Source: Octopus vulgaris (Eukaryota). Taken from it: 64,000 nucleotides of DNA. Numbering within the stretch: position 1 is the first letter of the stretch; each line of letters starts with the position of its first letter. This document shows positions 39,968 through 54,200 of this stretch, in pieces. Under the pieces are notes generated by a model. It was not told the origin of the DNA and ran no database searches. It was given only the letters and a program-made list of their open reading frames with translations. Where the stretch lies: positions 58,838,001 to 58,902,000 of the forward strand of contig OX597831.1 of assembly GCA_951406725.2 (NCBI GenBank), written 5' to 3'. The translations under genes and the position numbers were made by a program.

Positions 39968-40193
39968 GTGTGTGTGTTTGAGTGGCTGTGTTTGTTCCCC
40001 TAGGATTGCTTGACAACCGATGCTGGTGTGTTTACGTCCCCGTCACTTAGCGGTTCGGCAAAAGAGACCGATAGAATAAGTACTGGGCTTACAAAGAATA
40101 AGTCCCGGGGTTTATTTGCTCGACTAAAGGCGGTGCTCCAGCATGGCCGCAGTCAAATGACTGAAACAAGTAAAGAGTAAAGAGTAAGAGTAA
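39768..40193 (+). mobile_element. Full-length CORE/OR2-like tRNA SINE
   Basis: A box tggctgtgtggtaag, B box ggttcagtccc, CORE-like cttgggcaagt, central (TA)n/(TG)n, (GAGTAA)-type tail. Confidence 0.92.
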
Positions 40194-40349
40194 GTGTATA
40201 TAAAAATGTCTTCCTTAGACCCTTCAGTTATTTTTTAAATGTGATTTTGTATACGTTAGAAAAGGGCCAGGAGGACCACTAGAGACTTGGGAGCACTTCC
40301 GTTGTCTTTCGGATTACATTTTTAGCTGCATTTCGACTGTTTTATTTTT

Positions 40350-40508
40350 CGTTTTTATTTCAAATTCCACCGATGTTGACATTGTCTTTCGTCCTTTCAT
40401 CATTTCAGGGTGGGTAAAAGAAGTACCAGCTAAGCACTGGGGTCGTTTTCAATCGATTCACCCCTCCCCTGAATGTGCTAGCATTGTACCAAAATTTGAA
40501 TCCAATAT
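40350..40508 (+). mobile_element. Nin-type SINE, 3' part
   Basis: ttcaaattccaccgatgttgac...cctttcatcatttcaggg...aagtaccagctaagcactggggtcg...gtaccaaaatttgaa. Confidence 0.75.
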
Positions 40509-40585
40509 AAGGAATAAGTTTTTGTGTTTGTTCTTGATATTGAATACTGAGCTATAGGAAGACTGACAGAGGGGAACACACATAA

Positions 40586-40623
<38 letters not shown>

Positions 40624-40629
40624 GTGTGC

Positions 40630-40687
<58 letters not shown>

Positions 40688-40830
40688 CAATTAAGGGTTT
40701 AGCAACGAATTGCCTCACCAAACACCGAATTTAGAAATAGCAGTCAAAAAGTTATAGCTATTCTTTCTACTAAAAGGGAGATCTCAGTAAAAACACAGCA
40801 CTTGAAAGGCAAACACAGACAGGTAAGAGA

Positions 40831-40875
<45 letters not shown>

Positions 40876-41477
40876 TTTCTGTAGTATGCACGTAAAACGT
40901 ATTCAAAATGTGTGTGAATTGTTAACATGTATTATGCATACATTGAAGCTGTAGGTGACATGAACTGTTTGAATTCTACCTAAATATATAAGAATAGATA
41001 AATATTTATCTGAAAGCCTCGTACACTTAAGAAGAAAAACATTCTATGCTTACGATTCAAGTAACTCTGAGAGACAAATATATACAGATGTGACCGTTAA
41101 GGTAACTATGATAAATAAAGAGCATAAAATGAATAGAGCAAAGATATATGACTGGCCGATAAGGCTTCATGGAATTATAGATATTTCATTTGAAAGAATA
41201 ACGCTTTAAAAGGAAGCAGCTAAGTAAAATAAGACGCTCGTTGACCTAAGGTAAAGTAGATATATATGACAAGGAAGCAGAAATATTAATTTTAAGTATT
41301 TCTGATGTGATAAAAGATAGGAATAAGGTCGGTGTATAATACGATTTGTATTTGAAGACAGGACCATTAGGAAACGTATAAGTGGGCGCGAAAGGATACG
41401 TCTTATTTACCTATAGCTTAAGTAGCTGTGTGACTAATGGAGAAGGTATCTTTAAAATAAATATGGGCGGGATCATT

Positions 41478-41491
41478 CACACACACATATG

Positions 41492-41530
<39 letters not shown>

Positions 41531-41662
41531 GTGTGTTTGTGTGTGTACATATATACACACGCACAAATATATGTATACACACACACACATATGCACACAC
41601 ACACACACATATATATATATGTGTGTTTGTGTGTGTACATATATACACACGCACAAATATAT
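41478..41662. repeat. Duplicated compound microsatellite unit (~90 bp x2)
   Basis: gtgtgtttgtgtgtgtacatatatacacacgcacaaatatat occurs at ~41531 and ~41621. Confidence 0.85.
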
Positions 41663-41810
41663 ACATATATATATGTAAATATTCATACTTATACATATAT
41701 ATAACATACATATATGTACATATATATATATATATGTATAGATATATGTATATATTTATATACACAACATATATAAGAATAGATATATTCGCATATGTGA
41801 GTATGTATGC

Positions 41811-41848
<38 letters not shown>

Positions 41849-41943
41849 AATAGATATATGCGTAAATGTATATATTTATATAGATACATTAATATATATA
41901 TGTATACAAATATATTTATATAAATATGTATACATATATATGA

Positions 41944-41977
<34 letters not shown>

Positions 41978-41978
41978 T

Positions 41979-42019
<41 letters not shown>

Positions 42020-43749
42020 GGAGATGTGTGTGTGTTTCTGTATTCTTTTATTTGCTTCAGTCATTTGACTGCGGTCATGCCGGAGCACATATAGATGGAT
42101 AGAAAAGTAAAAGTAGCGATAAAGCGATAAAGAAAGACAAGAATAATGAAAATGAGATAAGGAAATAAAGAAACAGAATGCGATAAATGAGGTAAGGTAA
42201 GCAAGATAATATTCAGTGAATTACAGGATATATTCACGTACATTGAATTAAAGTACAATTAGGTAAAAATCTGAAACACCACCACGCAAAGTAACGTAAG
42301 TAAATGCTTGTATATTTTTATTCTTGAATTTTCATCATTTTATTTTACATTATTTTATTGGGGTTTAATTTTCTTCTAATCCCTTTACCGTTTTACTGAT
42401 TTGTCTTTATTTTAAACGTCCTATTTAAATTCCCGTAGTTCGCATTTCGAATAACGAGGGAAATCATGCTACTTTAGATACGCAGATCTTACAAACATCT
42501 AACAAATGCCATACTAGGAGAACCATAATGTTGTTGTGACCCAACAAAGTATGACAGAGACGTAGTAAAATTTTAGCAAAAGACGACGAATAGACGACGT
42601 AAGGAGCATCAAAATTCAATATCGTATGTTGATACGACTGAACTCATGCATACTGGTAACATAACTCATGTATTCTTGGTAACAGGCAGCATTAGACTGA
42701 GACTGATGGTTAGAAAAGAATGACCTAGATTCTTATAGATACCACAGTTACCATTTCCTTTTACTCATCTTACCTTAAAATCCTGTTTTATTCACTCGTT
42801 TTCTTCATCTTTCTCCTTTTCTCCTCTTCTATTTTTCATTTTTCTCCCTTTCATATCTCTATTACTTTCACTTTCGTTTACTTTAGGACATGATTTACTG
42901 ACACAGAAAAACCATAGCATTGATAGCGGTCCTTTAGTCTTTTCATTCAATCAATCAATCGACAGATTGAATAAAGGGAGCCATGAACGAAATTAATATG
43001 CATGTCAGAAATAGATCTAAGTCTACATTTTACACATCAATTAATGTATTAAACCCATTATTTATGCCTTTAATTGTATATCGCTCTATGAATACATACC
43101 ATATTAATTTCGTAATGCTGCCAAGTAATTACCTATCCGACTGATAACGGGCTTCAACTTCGGATCTCGCCTTAGGATTAACTAGACTTCTATACAAATG
43201 AAAAAATATTTGATTAACCTGGTGTATTTTGTATTAGCAGAGACCTAAACAAGTGTTTTCCCAGATTGATAATCAGTTGTTAATAACTCTTTATTCTGAT
43301 ATAGGTAAATACAGACACACACAAACACACACACACAAACACACAGACATACGCACACACACGTACACACGTATACACACACCTGACAAGGATACTACCT
43401 GCGACATTGAAGGGCGGGCATAACTTTTGTTATGAATTGGCATATCTCCTTCAAATTGTAAATGAATAACTCTTTCCCTATTCAAAGGAATAAACGTACA
43501 GCGTAACAACGAAATGTGCATCATAAGAGATTCGTTTACACCAATATGAACCCGATGTTCAAATCCGCTTTAAATAACCGAAAAATACCTACGGTTGTAT
43601 CTGCTTCTTCATAATCCCTTTCCAGTCAGATGTGTCATCAGATGGCTGTGACTGAAATAGGTCCTATATTTAGCGAACATTTGAGATCCAAGCTGTACCG
43701 AGGATAGAATATAATCACCTGACCAATTTACCGATTACCTGATTTGTTA

Positions 43750-44100
43750 CCAAATGGAAATATATCGCCGTGGTAAATGTGGATCGCTTACAGAATCTAG
43801 TGAGGTCTTTATCTCCTAATGGCTTTACGAAGGTATTGAGTATCTCAATGAACAACCCATTGCTTACGGTAGAACGTCGTCTCAGAAAACGAAGGAGGAT
43901 TTGGTCATCTCACAAAACAGTCACCATGGCTTGCTGTGCCGATGACTACAGAGTCTTTCGATGGAGTAATGTTCTCTATCCGGAGCATAATATGCTGCAC
44001 ATTGTCCACCACTTGTTACCAGTTAGTAAAAACAAGCAAATCCAAATCAAAATTGTATCCAGTGAATTCAAACGAATCTAGCCTATAGAGAATAATTCCA
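43750..44100 (+). mobile_element. Probable decayed RTE-type reverse transcriptase fragment
   Basis: ORF 43770..44081 has VRSLSPNGFT (~VRSPDGDT) and RKRRRIWSSHKTVTMACCADD (~RSRRYPA.TITDADYADD). Confidence 0.45.
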
Positions 44101-44392
44101 AAATTCTCATCTCCGAATCGACCATTAAATAACCAAATACCTGTTTTGTATACACTTTTGAATACATATACAGGAAGAGTTTATTTAACAATCAATGTTA
44201 TGTGAAAGTCCTATCTTAAAGAATGCACACAGTACAACACTTGTGCGTGAGTAGTATATATGAGTTCATATATACGTATACATATGTATATCTATATATC
44301 TATTTATCTTTATGCTTATATAAATATCTATACGTATATAGAAACATTATCTCGCACATACATAAAGGCACGCGCGCGCATAGACACATACT

Positions 44393-44429
<37 letters not shown>

Positions 44430-45194
44430 AGACACAGGTACAATACACAATACAAGTGGTGTTTAAAATTCACATCATTTGTTTTGGCAGTATTTTATTA
44501 ATGCATTATTAGATTATATCATGACAAAAAACCGCCATCATCAAAGTGCTAAACATACAAACAGTAAAGGTAGAAATAGAAGATGGCGTGTTTTCCACTA
44601 CCATGGTGAAGCAAGTATAATTTTGAAAAAGCACCATGGAAATTATAGAGAAACTGAAAGGGATGCACAAAAGACAACAAGGTCAAATCTACTATATTCT
44701 TTACATTATTGACTTAATTAGTTTATAGTTATGATTGGTGATAAGGTAGTAGACATGGTGGTATAGATAACAGAAAAATAAAACGAAAACATATGCAAGA
44801 TGGTCGTTCAAATAATACATCAGACTAGAGACTTAAGGAGGTTTGAACTGTCGGCATTCATTCGACCATAGAACACACGCATACACATAGACATGTGCAT
44901 AATATTATAATGATTTTATTTATGTAAGTACACTGCATATACAGCTACAAAAACTCGACATAATTTGTTTCTATCCATATGTAAGTATACTGCCATACAC
45001 GTATAAATAATCCTATATGCACACACATACGCACGCGCGTACATACACACATACACACATACACACATACACACACATATACATATACGCACATATAGAT
45101 GTAAATATATTCACTCAATCTGATAATATGTATACATATGTACGCAGACACAGACCTTCGCATGTATCTACAAACACATACACATAGGTATACT

Positions 45195-47300
45195 TCTGCG
45201 GTCGTCCAGGCTATGTCAATCTTAGTAGCACCACCTGATAAGATGAGCTATATTCTTTTAAATTGAGATTTTGTGGTATCATGGCGCATTCGAGTAGTGA
45301 GGTCTTGTTGAGTGTGTTGTAGTTAGGTATATGTGGCTTATCCAGTATTGCTTAAATAAATTTGTTCAGATTTCATTTAAAGTTTATGGGATCATTTTCC
45401 TCTTTGATCTGTTTTGGGACAATGTTAGATAGGTCAGGTCCTGATGACGAAAAGAAAGTGTGTTGCAGTGTGTTTATGTGTTGTGATCTTGATTTGGGTA
45501 AGGAACGTATTGCCCGTGGTCCTAGACTTGGATGAATTTTGAAGTTAATGTTGAGGTCGTTTGGGCAATGGTCGTGGTATATTCTCCACATCCTGCAAAT
45601 GATGTATTGCACACAGCGGCGCTAGAAAGAACAGAGTTTCAATGCTTTAAGATAATCCCAATAATTGAAATCAGTTATGACCTTAATTCTTTTAGTGAAT
45701 GACCTCTGGTGTGATTCAATTTTTGAAATGTCTTGTTTTGTATGGAGAGACGACAGTGGCCAGCAGTATTCGAATCGTGGCCGAACAAAGGAGGAGAAAA
45801 ATGGAATGATGACACCTTATTGTCTGAACCGGAAGGTTCTTCGGGTTCAGGAGCTCATCCTAGGAGCTATATCGACCTTATTGTTGATGTGGGCTCTCCA
45901 ACTGTGATTGTTATCAACAATTACTCCTAGGTTTCTGATATAATTAGATGCTGTGAGTGGTTCCTCTGAAGGAAGAGAGTATAGTGATGCCTTTCTTCCA
46001 AAACTCATCAGCTCAAATTTTCCCTTGTTTAGTTGCATTTTGTTTCTGTCTGTCCATTGACTCAGCATATAGATCAGACTGGTGTTCAGTTCGGTGTTTA
46101 TTGATAATTTTCTAAAGCTTAGAGTCATCAACAAATATTTTCGTTTTGCTGTGTTGCTGTGTTTTATGACGCTGGAATGGTCGATTATACAGACTATAAA
46201 GAATAACGGACCAAACACAGCCTTCCGAGAGAAACTACTGGTGAACTTCGCTGGGCTTTAGTTGATTCAACTAAATACAATATGTTGTGTTTTGTTGTCC
46301 AGGAAATACTCAATTCAGTGTAGTGGTTTACTACGGATTTCAACATTTGACAATTTTGACAGTAGGATATTATCGTCCACTCTGTCTAACGCTTTATTGA
46401 AGTCAAGATATGTGACATTAGAATTTGAAACTGATTCTAAGGCTTTAAGGATCTTCATCGATTTGACGTAAGAGCTGTGTTGGACAGTCGGTGCCGCAGC
46501 GAAAACCATGCTCCTTTGAATTCAGGAGCTTGTGGGTCTCTAGGAAGCCAGCTATCCTTGATCTCACCACCATTTCAAACACTTCAATGATATGTGAGGT
46601 GAGAGAGATTGAGCGATAGTTGACTGCGAAGGATCTGTTTCTCTGTTTGAAAACCGGGATGACAGACTGGGATAAGAGCTGTTTTGGTATATAACCTGAG
46701 TCTAAAGAATTTCTCCAGCCGTTGGTTAGAGGGACTGCAAGTTGGTGTCTACATTCCTTCAGGAGGCTAGCGGAGAAACTATCAGGGCCTAGGGCAGAAC
46801 AGTGTTTGTTCTCATTTATTTCTTCTATGTTGTCTGGGGCAGTAAAGTTACGTCCGAGATTATATGTTGGGAATCAACTTCACATCAGTAGGATCCCTAA
46901 ATACAGAGCAGTATTGTTTCTGCGCTACGTCTGTCATTTTTTGAGCATCATGTTGGAGAATGCTGTTATCCTCGATCAATGGAATAACGTGTGAGAAAGC
47001 GGTCCGATGCTTATTTGCATATGAATAGAACCCTTTTGGGTTCTGTCTGATTTCTTTGATCACCCACTGTTCTTCTGCAGCTCTTTGATTTTGAATGCAG
47101 GTTTTCATGTTGGTCAGCAGATGAAGCTTTTCCAGCTCCAACCTTTTCATTGTTGTTGGATGTGGATGTTGTATATGGGAGTATTTTAATTGGTTGATCT
47201 TTATTATTGCGCCTGTTGTTGCTCCTGAGGAGTGTTTCTTTTCTCTCTAGGAACTAAGAGTTGTTTTAACTTACTGTAAGCTTGATACTAAGGACCGATG
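45195..47300 (-). mobile_element. Decayed CR1/L2-group LINE (RT domain and 3' end)
   Basis: IRQNPKGFYSYAN, YRSISLTSHIIEVFE, YLDFNKALDRVD, FGPLFFIVCIID, WTDRNKMQLNKGKF, RNLGVIVD, RPRFEYC. Confidence 0.9.
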
Positions 47301-48364
47301 AAGTCCTAGGGTCCTACATGTTGATATACCGAGATTGTGATGAATCTTGTGACTGATTCATATACGCCATAAGTATGTTAGTAAAACTATTCAGCGAATA
47401 TTAATTTGTATCTCAGAAAAAAATAGTTTTTCCTATGAAATTATCTTCCTAGTTAGAAAGGAAATGTCTTTTAAACAGTCAGGAAAAATGGCAACGTGGC
47501 ATTTGTCTTAAATCTCATAACGTTTCGGTTTGAGGAATAAGTGACAAAATATGTTCATGTGTTCGCTTCCCACCGCAGCAATGTCACAAATTGTACACTA
47601 TCAGCCGACAATCGGGCGATATGCAAATTAATGTAAAAACTTGAGCTAGGGATTAAACCGTGATAATTTAAACGCCATTTGTTACATTATAACGACATGA
47701 AATGGTGGTACTTTAAAAAGTGGGCAATCAGACAAAGAACATGCGAATGAAAATCTCAATTTTCAGTCTGTGAAGAGAATAAGAGGTAATGAAATTCTTT
47801 TGCATTTACAGCTAAGCGTTACTAACTGTATTCTAACTACATTTATGCTCGTGATCCAGGTTTCCATGAATCTACACACACATACACACAAACGTACACA
47901 CACACGTGCACACACAGAGACGAAAACACATTCACACATATGCACAAACGCGAACACACACATGAATGCAAAGCAATTAGAAATACGTTTCTAGCCGTGT
48001 ATAAGCGAATGCATTTATAAAAGTATGGACGAAGATTATTCGCGCACGTATAGATGTATAAATAGATGAACGTACAGAGGAATAGAAGTTATTGATGATA
48101 CCTGGATATCCTTAATTGCCATGACTTCAAGAGATGATCTTCAAGTACGTATGTCTATACTCAGTATAAGACTTACAAATGCTATCGTTTCTGTCTCTCT
48201 CTCTCCCTCTCTGTGTCCATCTCAGAAACACACTCATATATATGCATACGTACATGCATATGTATGGCTGAATGTGTGTGCATATGTATGTTTGTATCTG
48301 TGTTTGTATCTGTGTGTATATATATATATATGTGTGTGTGTGTATACACACATGCATACGCATA

Positions 48365-48413
<49 letters not shown>

Positions 48414-48647
48414 AACGCTTTTCCTGCGTGCATTCCATCTGTGAGAATGCATCATTAAAATAGATTCAACAAATGCTCAATGTACTAAACATGCATCACG
48501 TAAGTCACAGATTGCAACTGACAAGCTCAAGCGACAATCGCTTTCAAAATTATGTACCTTCATACAGGAATGATTAAGAATATACATACATATAAAGAGA
48601 TGGGCATACACACTTATTCAGACACCCTAACAAATACAAACACACGC

Positions 48648-48716
<69 letters not shown>

Positions 48717-48937
48717 CAAATTTGGGATTTTACCAATAGAACTGCAACTACTATTTCGAGATAACTTGTTTTATGGAATACACATAGAAAGTTATATCCA
48801 ATAAAATAATATAAGCATTTAAAAAAGCCTACTATAAAATACACAAAAAATACTTGAAAAAATCTATATAACGTACGTATTATTAGTCTGTGGGTGATGA
48901 AGATATTTTAATCAACGCTTCAAGTGTATATACATAC

Positions 48938-48968
<31 letters not shown>

Positions 48969-49011
48969 TGTATGTATGTATGTATGTATGTATATATATA
49001 TGTGTATACAT

Positions 49012-49077
<66 letters not shown>

Positions 49078-49621
49078 GGGACCTCTTCAGCGAAACATCT
49101 CGTTTTAGAGAATGGAGTAATTGGAGTAAGAGCACACACGAAAACGCAACGTGTTGCCGAAGAGGTCACAAGTTCACAGATGTGTGAAGTAAGATTTCCG
49201 GAAAATGGTCATAAGCCTTAAGAGTAACATGCAGTATACACCTCTCCTGGATATTTATCACTCCTGAAGTTCCATTCGCTATGAAATATGTGTAGCCTGG
49301 ATTTTATCGAATCAATTCCTTAACTCTTGTAATTTTTTTTCGCATACCGCAAACCTGGCTGCCTACAAAAAAAAGAGAGTTTATCGTACTACTGTACGAA
49401 AAACTCCCACAACTTTCTGTCTCAACAAACCACTACTCTCCCTGAAAGTTGTTAATCTATATTCACTACGGATTGCTTGAAGCTAATTTTCTTCCTACAC
49501 TTCATATCCCTGGATCTTACATTTACGCAGATACACAGAGAAACAGACGCAGGCACATACAGACACTGACACATAGCCAGACACAAACACAAACACACGC
49601 ACACATACACACAGACACACA

Positions 49622-49660
<39 letters not shown>

Positions 49661-49951
49661 ACACACAAACACACTCATATATTTTTACGTGAGTGAACAT
49701 ACAAACACGTATATCCATATTCAGCATAAAACTTTCAAGTGTCACAGATATACGTACAAAGATATACATACCAACCGATAAATATATAAGCCCATATATG
49801 TATATGCATATATATATAATTATTTTATGAGTATTAATTTTATATTCTCATCTTGATTAATTAATCTTCAGAGTGTCCTTATTCAGCATAAATCTGTATA
49901 CCAGTACATATATAGTCACAAATGCACATATATAATCCAATATTATGTAGA

Positions 49952-50065
<114 letters not shown>

Positions 50066-50100
50066 ATATGTATGTATATATATATATGTATATATGTATG

Positions 50101-50143
<43 letters not shown>

Positions 50144-50883
50144 GTACTGTGTATATTTATATAATATTCATTAATAGTAAAAAATAAGACTGGGAATTGA
50201 ATATAATTCCAGAATGACAGACTTAATCAGTGGAATAATATGCTATGCGTTATTTAAGTGCTTGCTTAGTTTTGAATGCATAGAACTTCTGAAACTATTT
50301 TAATGAGGGAAGGATACAGATATGTATACAGTTGTAAAGAGCGAGCAATTGGGATAGAGAAAAGAGGGAGAGAGAAAGAAGGGGAGCGAGAACGAGAGAG
50401 AGAGAGACAGAGAGAAAGACAGACAGACAGAATGAAAGATATTGAGAGAATGAATCAGAGACATAAATATATATTTAGAATGCAAGAGAATCATCAGAGA
50501 GGAACATTGCGTCAGACTGTGAAAGACAGACAGAGAGTAAGTATGTGGAGCAGTATTTAAATAAAGCATCCTTTCTCGGTGAAACGTCAGATAATTTTGG
50601 AAACTGTTTCGCTAGACTTAATTAACTACATTTATTATGTCTTCAGGAAAGTTGTGTAAATAAAGGAGGTTAATTATGAGTCTACAACGCAGTTGAAAAT
50701 GCATTAATTGAAAGAGATCTGACCTGATCAGCTTATTTCAAAGCTTAGATATTGAAAGATTTAATTATCTCTTTCTCCTGCTCTGTCTTTCTGTCTGTTT
50801 GTCTGTCCGTCTATCTGTCTGTCTCTGTCTTTCTCTGTCTGTCTCTGCATCTCGCCCTCTCTCTCAACACTTACTCATATATT

Positions 50884-50927
<44 letters not shown>

Positions 50928-51289
50928 CATATATATATATATATGTGTGTGTATATAATAATAGAAGAATTAAAGAATATATATATATGAATGTATGTAT
51001 GTTTATATATATATATATATTTACATGCAAGTTCAATACACACATGTATCTATGTGTGCATGTATGGTTCCATAGCTTTGCTTATTTGTGTGTGTGCTTG
51101 TTTTCTTTAATCGTGTACTAAGTATGAAATCTAATAGTTTCAAAGTATTAAATCTAATCGAGCATCGTTCCCTCCACAGATGTATTTGTAATAAGATCGG
51201 TCTCATTATCAGTAACAGTTCCAAACCTAATATATGCAGTTTTAATATCTAAAATAGGTAATGTACTATGTAAGACTGCTATACATATA

Positions 51290-51761
51290 CAGGGTCAGGC
51301 AAAATGATCTGACACATTTGTAGGTTAAATAAAAGGCAAATGAAGTAAAGAAACAAAAAAGTGTTTTTATTTTTGAAAAGTACATATAATGCCAAGGCGT
51401 TCACGAAAGTTGTCAATAACTCGGCGGGTCATTTCATGCGATTTTTTTCTCTGAGGATACCTCAAGTCAAAGGTATACATTAATCGCCCTCGATCTATTG
51501 AACAACTTAAAAATACAATTCGTCAAAAAATTACTGCCATTCCACATGAAATGACCCGCCGAGTTATTGACAACTTTCGTGAACGCATTCGACAGTGTGT
51601 GGACAATAATGGATCCCATTTGACTGATTTAATTTTTAAAACATAATGAAACAAAATGGCATTATATGTACTTTTCAAAAATAAAAACACTTTTTTGTTT
51701 CTTTACTTCATTTGCCTTTTATTTAACCTACAAATATGTCAGATCATTTTGCCTGACCCTG
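51290..51761 (+). mobile_element. 472-bp non-autonomous Tc1/mariner-superfamily element (MITE) with 105-bp TIRs and TA TSD
   Basis: TIRs 51290-51394 and 51657-51761 (one mismatch seen), flanked by TA; interior encodes CDFFL*GYLKSKVYINRPRSIEQLKNTIRQKITAIPHEMTRRVIDNFRERIRQCVDNNGSHL. Confidence 0.95.
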
Positions 51762-52059
51762 TATAATTAACAAAAAGATTTATATATTAAAAGAGAGAAC
51801 AGATTTAATTTGTGAACCTGGCAATATTGAACGCCTCAATGAATCTGTTAATGATTTTTTTTTTGATTTTTTAGGTGATGTATATACCTGCTGAAAATTA
51901 TTTTATAAAAATTTTGGCGTGAGTATTCCATTCTTCTAGAGCTGAATATATATATAGGATTATATAAATTGATGTTTTTTTTTCTGTATTTTATATATAG
52001 CATACAGCTTGTCAATTATAGGACAACCTGTTATTTGTAGAATGTGTAGCGCCGACATA

Positions 52060-52450
52060 GTGGAGGCGCAATGGCCCAGTGTTTAGGGCAGCGGACTCGC
52101 TGTCATATGATCGCTGTTTCGATTCCCAGACCGGGCGTTGTGAGTGTTTATTGAGCGAAAACACCTTAAAGCTCCACGAGGCTCCGGCAGAGGATGGTGG
52201 TGATCCCTGTTGTACTCTTTCACCACAACTTTCTCTCACTCTTACTTCCTGTTTCTGTTGTACCTGTATTTCAAGGAGCCGACCTTGTTACTCTCTGTGT
52301 CACGCTGAATATCCCCGAGAACTACGTTAAGGGTGCACGTGTCTGTGGAGTGCTCCGCCACTTACACGTTAATTTCACGAGCAGGCTGTTCCGTTGATTC
52401 GGATCAACCGGAACCATCATCGTCGTTAACGACGGAGTGCTTCCACTAAA
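52060..52450 (+). mobile_element. Full-length tRNA-derived SINE (another family) with 12-bp TSD
   Basis: A box tggcccagtgtttagg, B box gtttcgattccc; TSD agcgccgacata (52048-52059) / agcgccgatata (52451-52462). Confidence 0.9.
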
Positions 52451-54019
52451 AGCGCCGATATATTAACTCCCTACATTACGTTTGGTGGGATAATAAACGT
52501 TTGAAAATTTTTGAATATGCATTTGCCTTAAGACCTGGTGTTTTGTACAAACAAGCATTAAACTTCTTTTGTGAAATGCCGAATAGTTGATATATATATA
52601 TATATATTTCTGGCAGTTTTTCTTGGTTTTATCTTGCCTGTTTTCTGGTAAACAATTAATAAATTATAACAAACATTTTGGTGACTTTCTATAAACATCA
52701 GATCTCTCACCTCAATACATTTTCCTGGTACATCGCAACGTATAAAAAACAAAACTTAGTTTCACAATACACTTATTATTTACGCGGGTGAATTGCGAGT
52801 CGTCGCGTGATTTATCTGTAATTTCATTGATTATGCCAATATTAAATTATGGCTATATTCAGGATATTGTTCATATACATTATAGTGGACGAACGTAGAT
52901 AAGAAATGTCTGTAGGTTGACAAACAACCGATTACACCCAGCTGGATTACAGTGTCAGGATATTTATCAAATATTTATTGCTTTTGAGTGTGGAAATCAC
53001 TTGAAACGACAATTATAAATGCAACGTACTGTGTTGGCTTTTGTATCGTTATTAGTTACTCTTAATTAACGATTGCATTGTTGCTAGCAATTGATACATT
53101 ACTTGTCGGATGTAGCTGTGTCACTGAAAACTGATTTACGTTTCACTAGAAAAATATTTATTTGTTGCTCTATAGTTTAGGTCTTTAACACTTCATATAC
53201 GGATGGATAAAATTCCATTCATTGATTATCACTTATGTAAAGATTACAAAGACTACGCAGTTACTGCAATGTAATTAATTGCACGTCTGCTCTTCTGCTA
53301 CGTCGATGCTTTTACTCCGATATATTGACTAAAAATTGTGTGATGTTTATAGTCTTATATTAATGAAGTAGAAAGTGTTTTTGTAGTGTCAACAAAATAA
53401 TTCATGGTCAATAACTAAATATGATCTCTGATCATTATAAATCTTTCTAAAGAACATTGTTTTCATACAATGTTTGAATACAAAAATGGAGTTGAAAAAG
53501 TTCAAATACAAACAAAAGTAAAACTTTTTCATGAAATGCAAACCGAATTTAATATCAATTTTCAACTGCGGTGTAGATTTTAAAGTAATTTATTACTTGA
53601 TTCAAAATTATGAAATATTTCTGTCGTGAAATCGAAATAACACATATACATTATGAGCTGAGAAATATTCTGTGGTCCAAATTTCATTTTTTATATATGC
53701 TGGAGATTCATAGCATGCTGGCTAAATTTTTTCGTAAAGACACAAACACTAACTAAGTAAAAGGCTTATTTGTAAACTGATTTATTTCGAAGTAGTCGAT
53801 CAACAAATCTGTTGCAACTGGGATTTGAAACAGAAATTTCAGAAGAAAAGTGGAGTTAAAACAAAACACAAAAGAGTCTGACAAACAAAAAGGAATTTTT
53901 GTTTTCAGAGTTAAACATCTTTTGAAATTTAGTTACTTAGTAAATTCTTTACTATTTATGCTCTGGAACATGTAATGTCCAGAGCACACACGTAGCATTT
54001 AAGTTCCTAATATTGGCAT

Positions 54020-54200
54020 TCAATATTGACACAAGACCAGTAATTTCGATGGAGGTGTATAAGTCGATTACATCGACACCAATGTTCAAATGAAAGAATG
54101 AAAGCCAAAGTTGATGCTGGAGGCATTTGAAATCAGAATGTGAAGTTGCAAGAGATGTCGCTAAACATTTTCCCCGGTGCAGTATCGATTCTTCTTGCCA
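54020..54200 (-). mobile_element. Decayed Nin-type SINE
   Basis: gacacaagaccagtaatttc...gtcgattacatcgacacc...gaatgaaagccaaagttga...atttgaaatcagaatg. Confidence 0.7.

Noticed and set aside
43860-43915. Minus-strand DDQILLRFLRRR, resembling a CRAL-TRIO N-terminal motif
   Set aside because: Immediately preceded by a stop, with no splice acceptor and no further similarity; the plus strand is better explained as decayed RTE RT.
52780-53400. Unique region inspected for conserved miRNAs (bantam-like tgaaaactgat)
   Set aside because: No seed match and no convincing precursor hairpin seen by eye.
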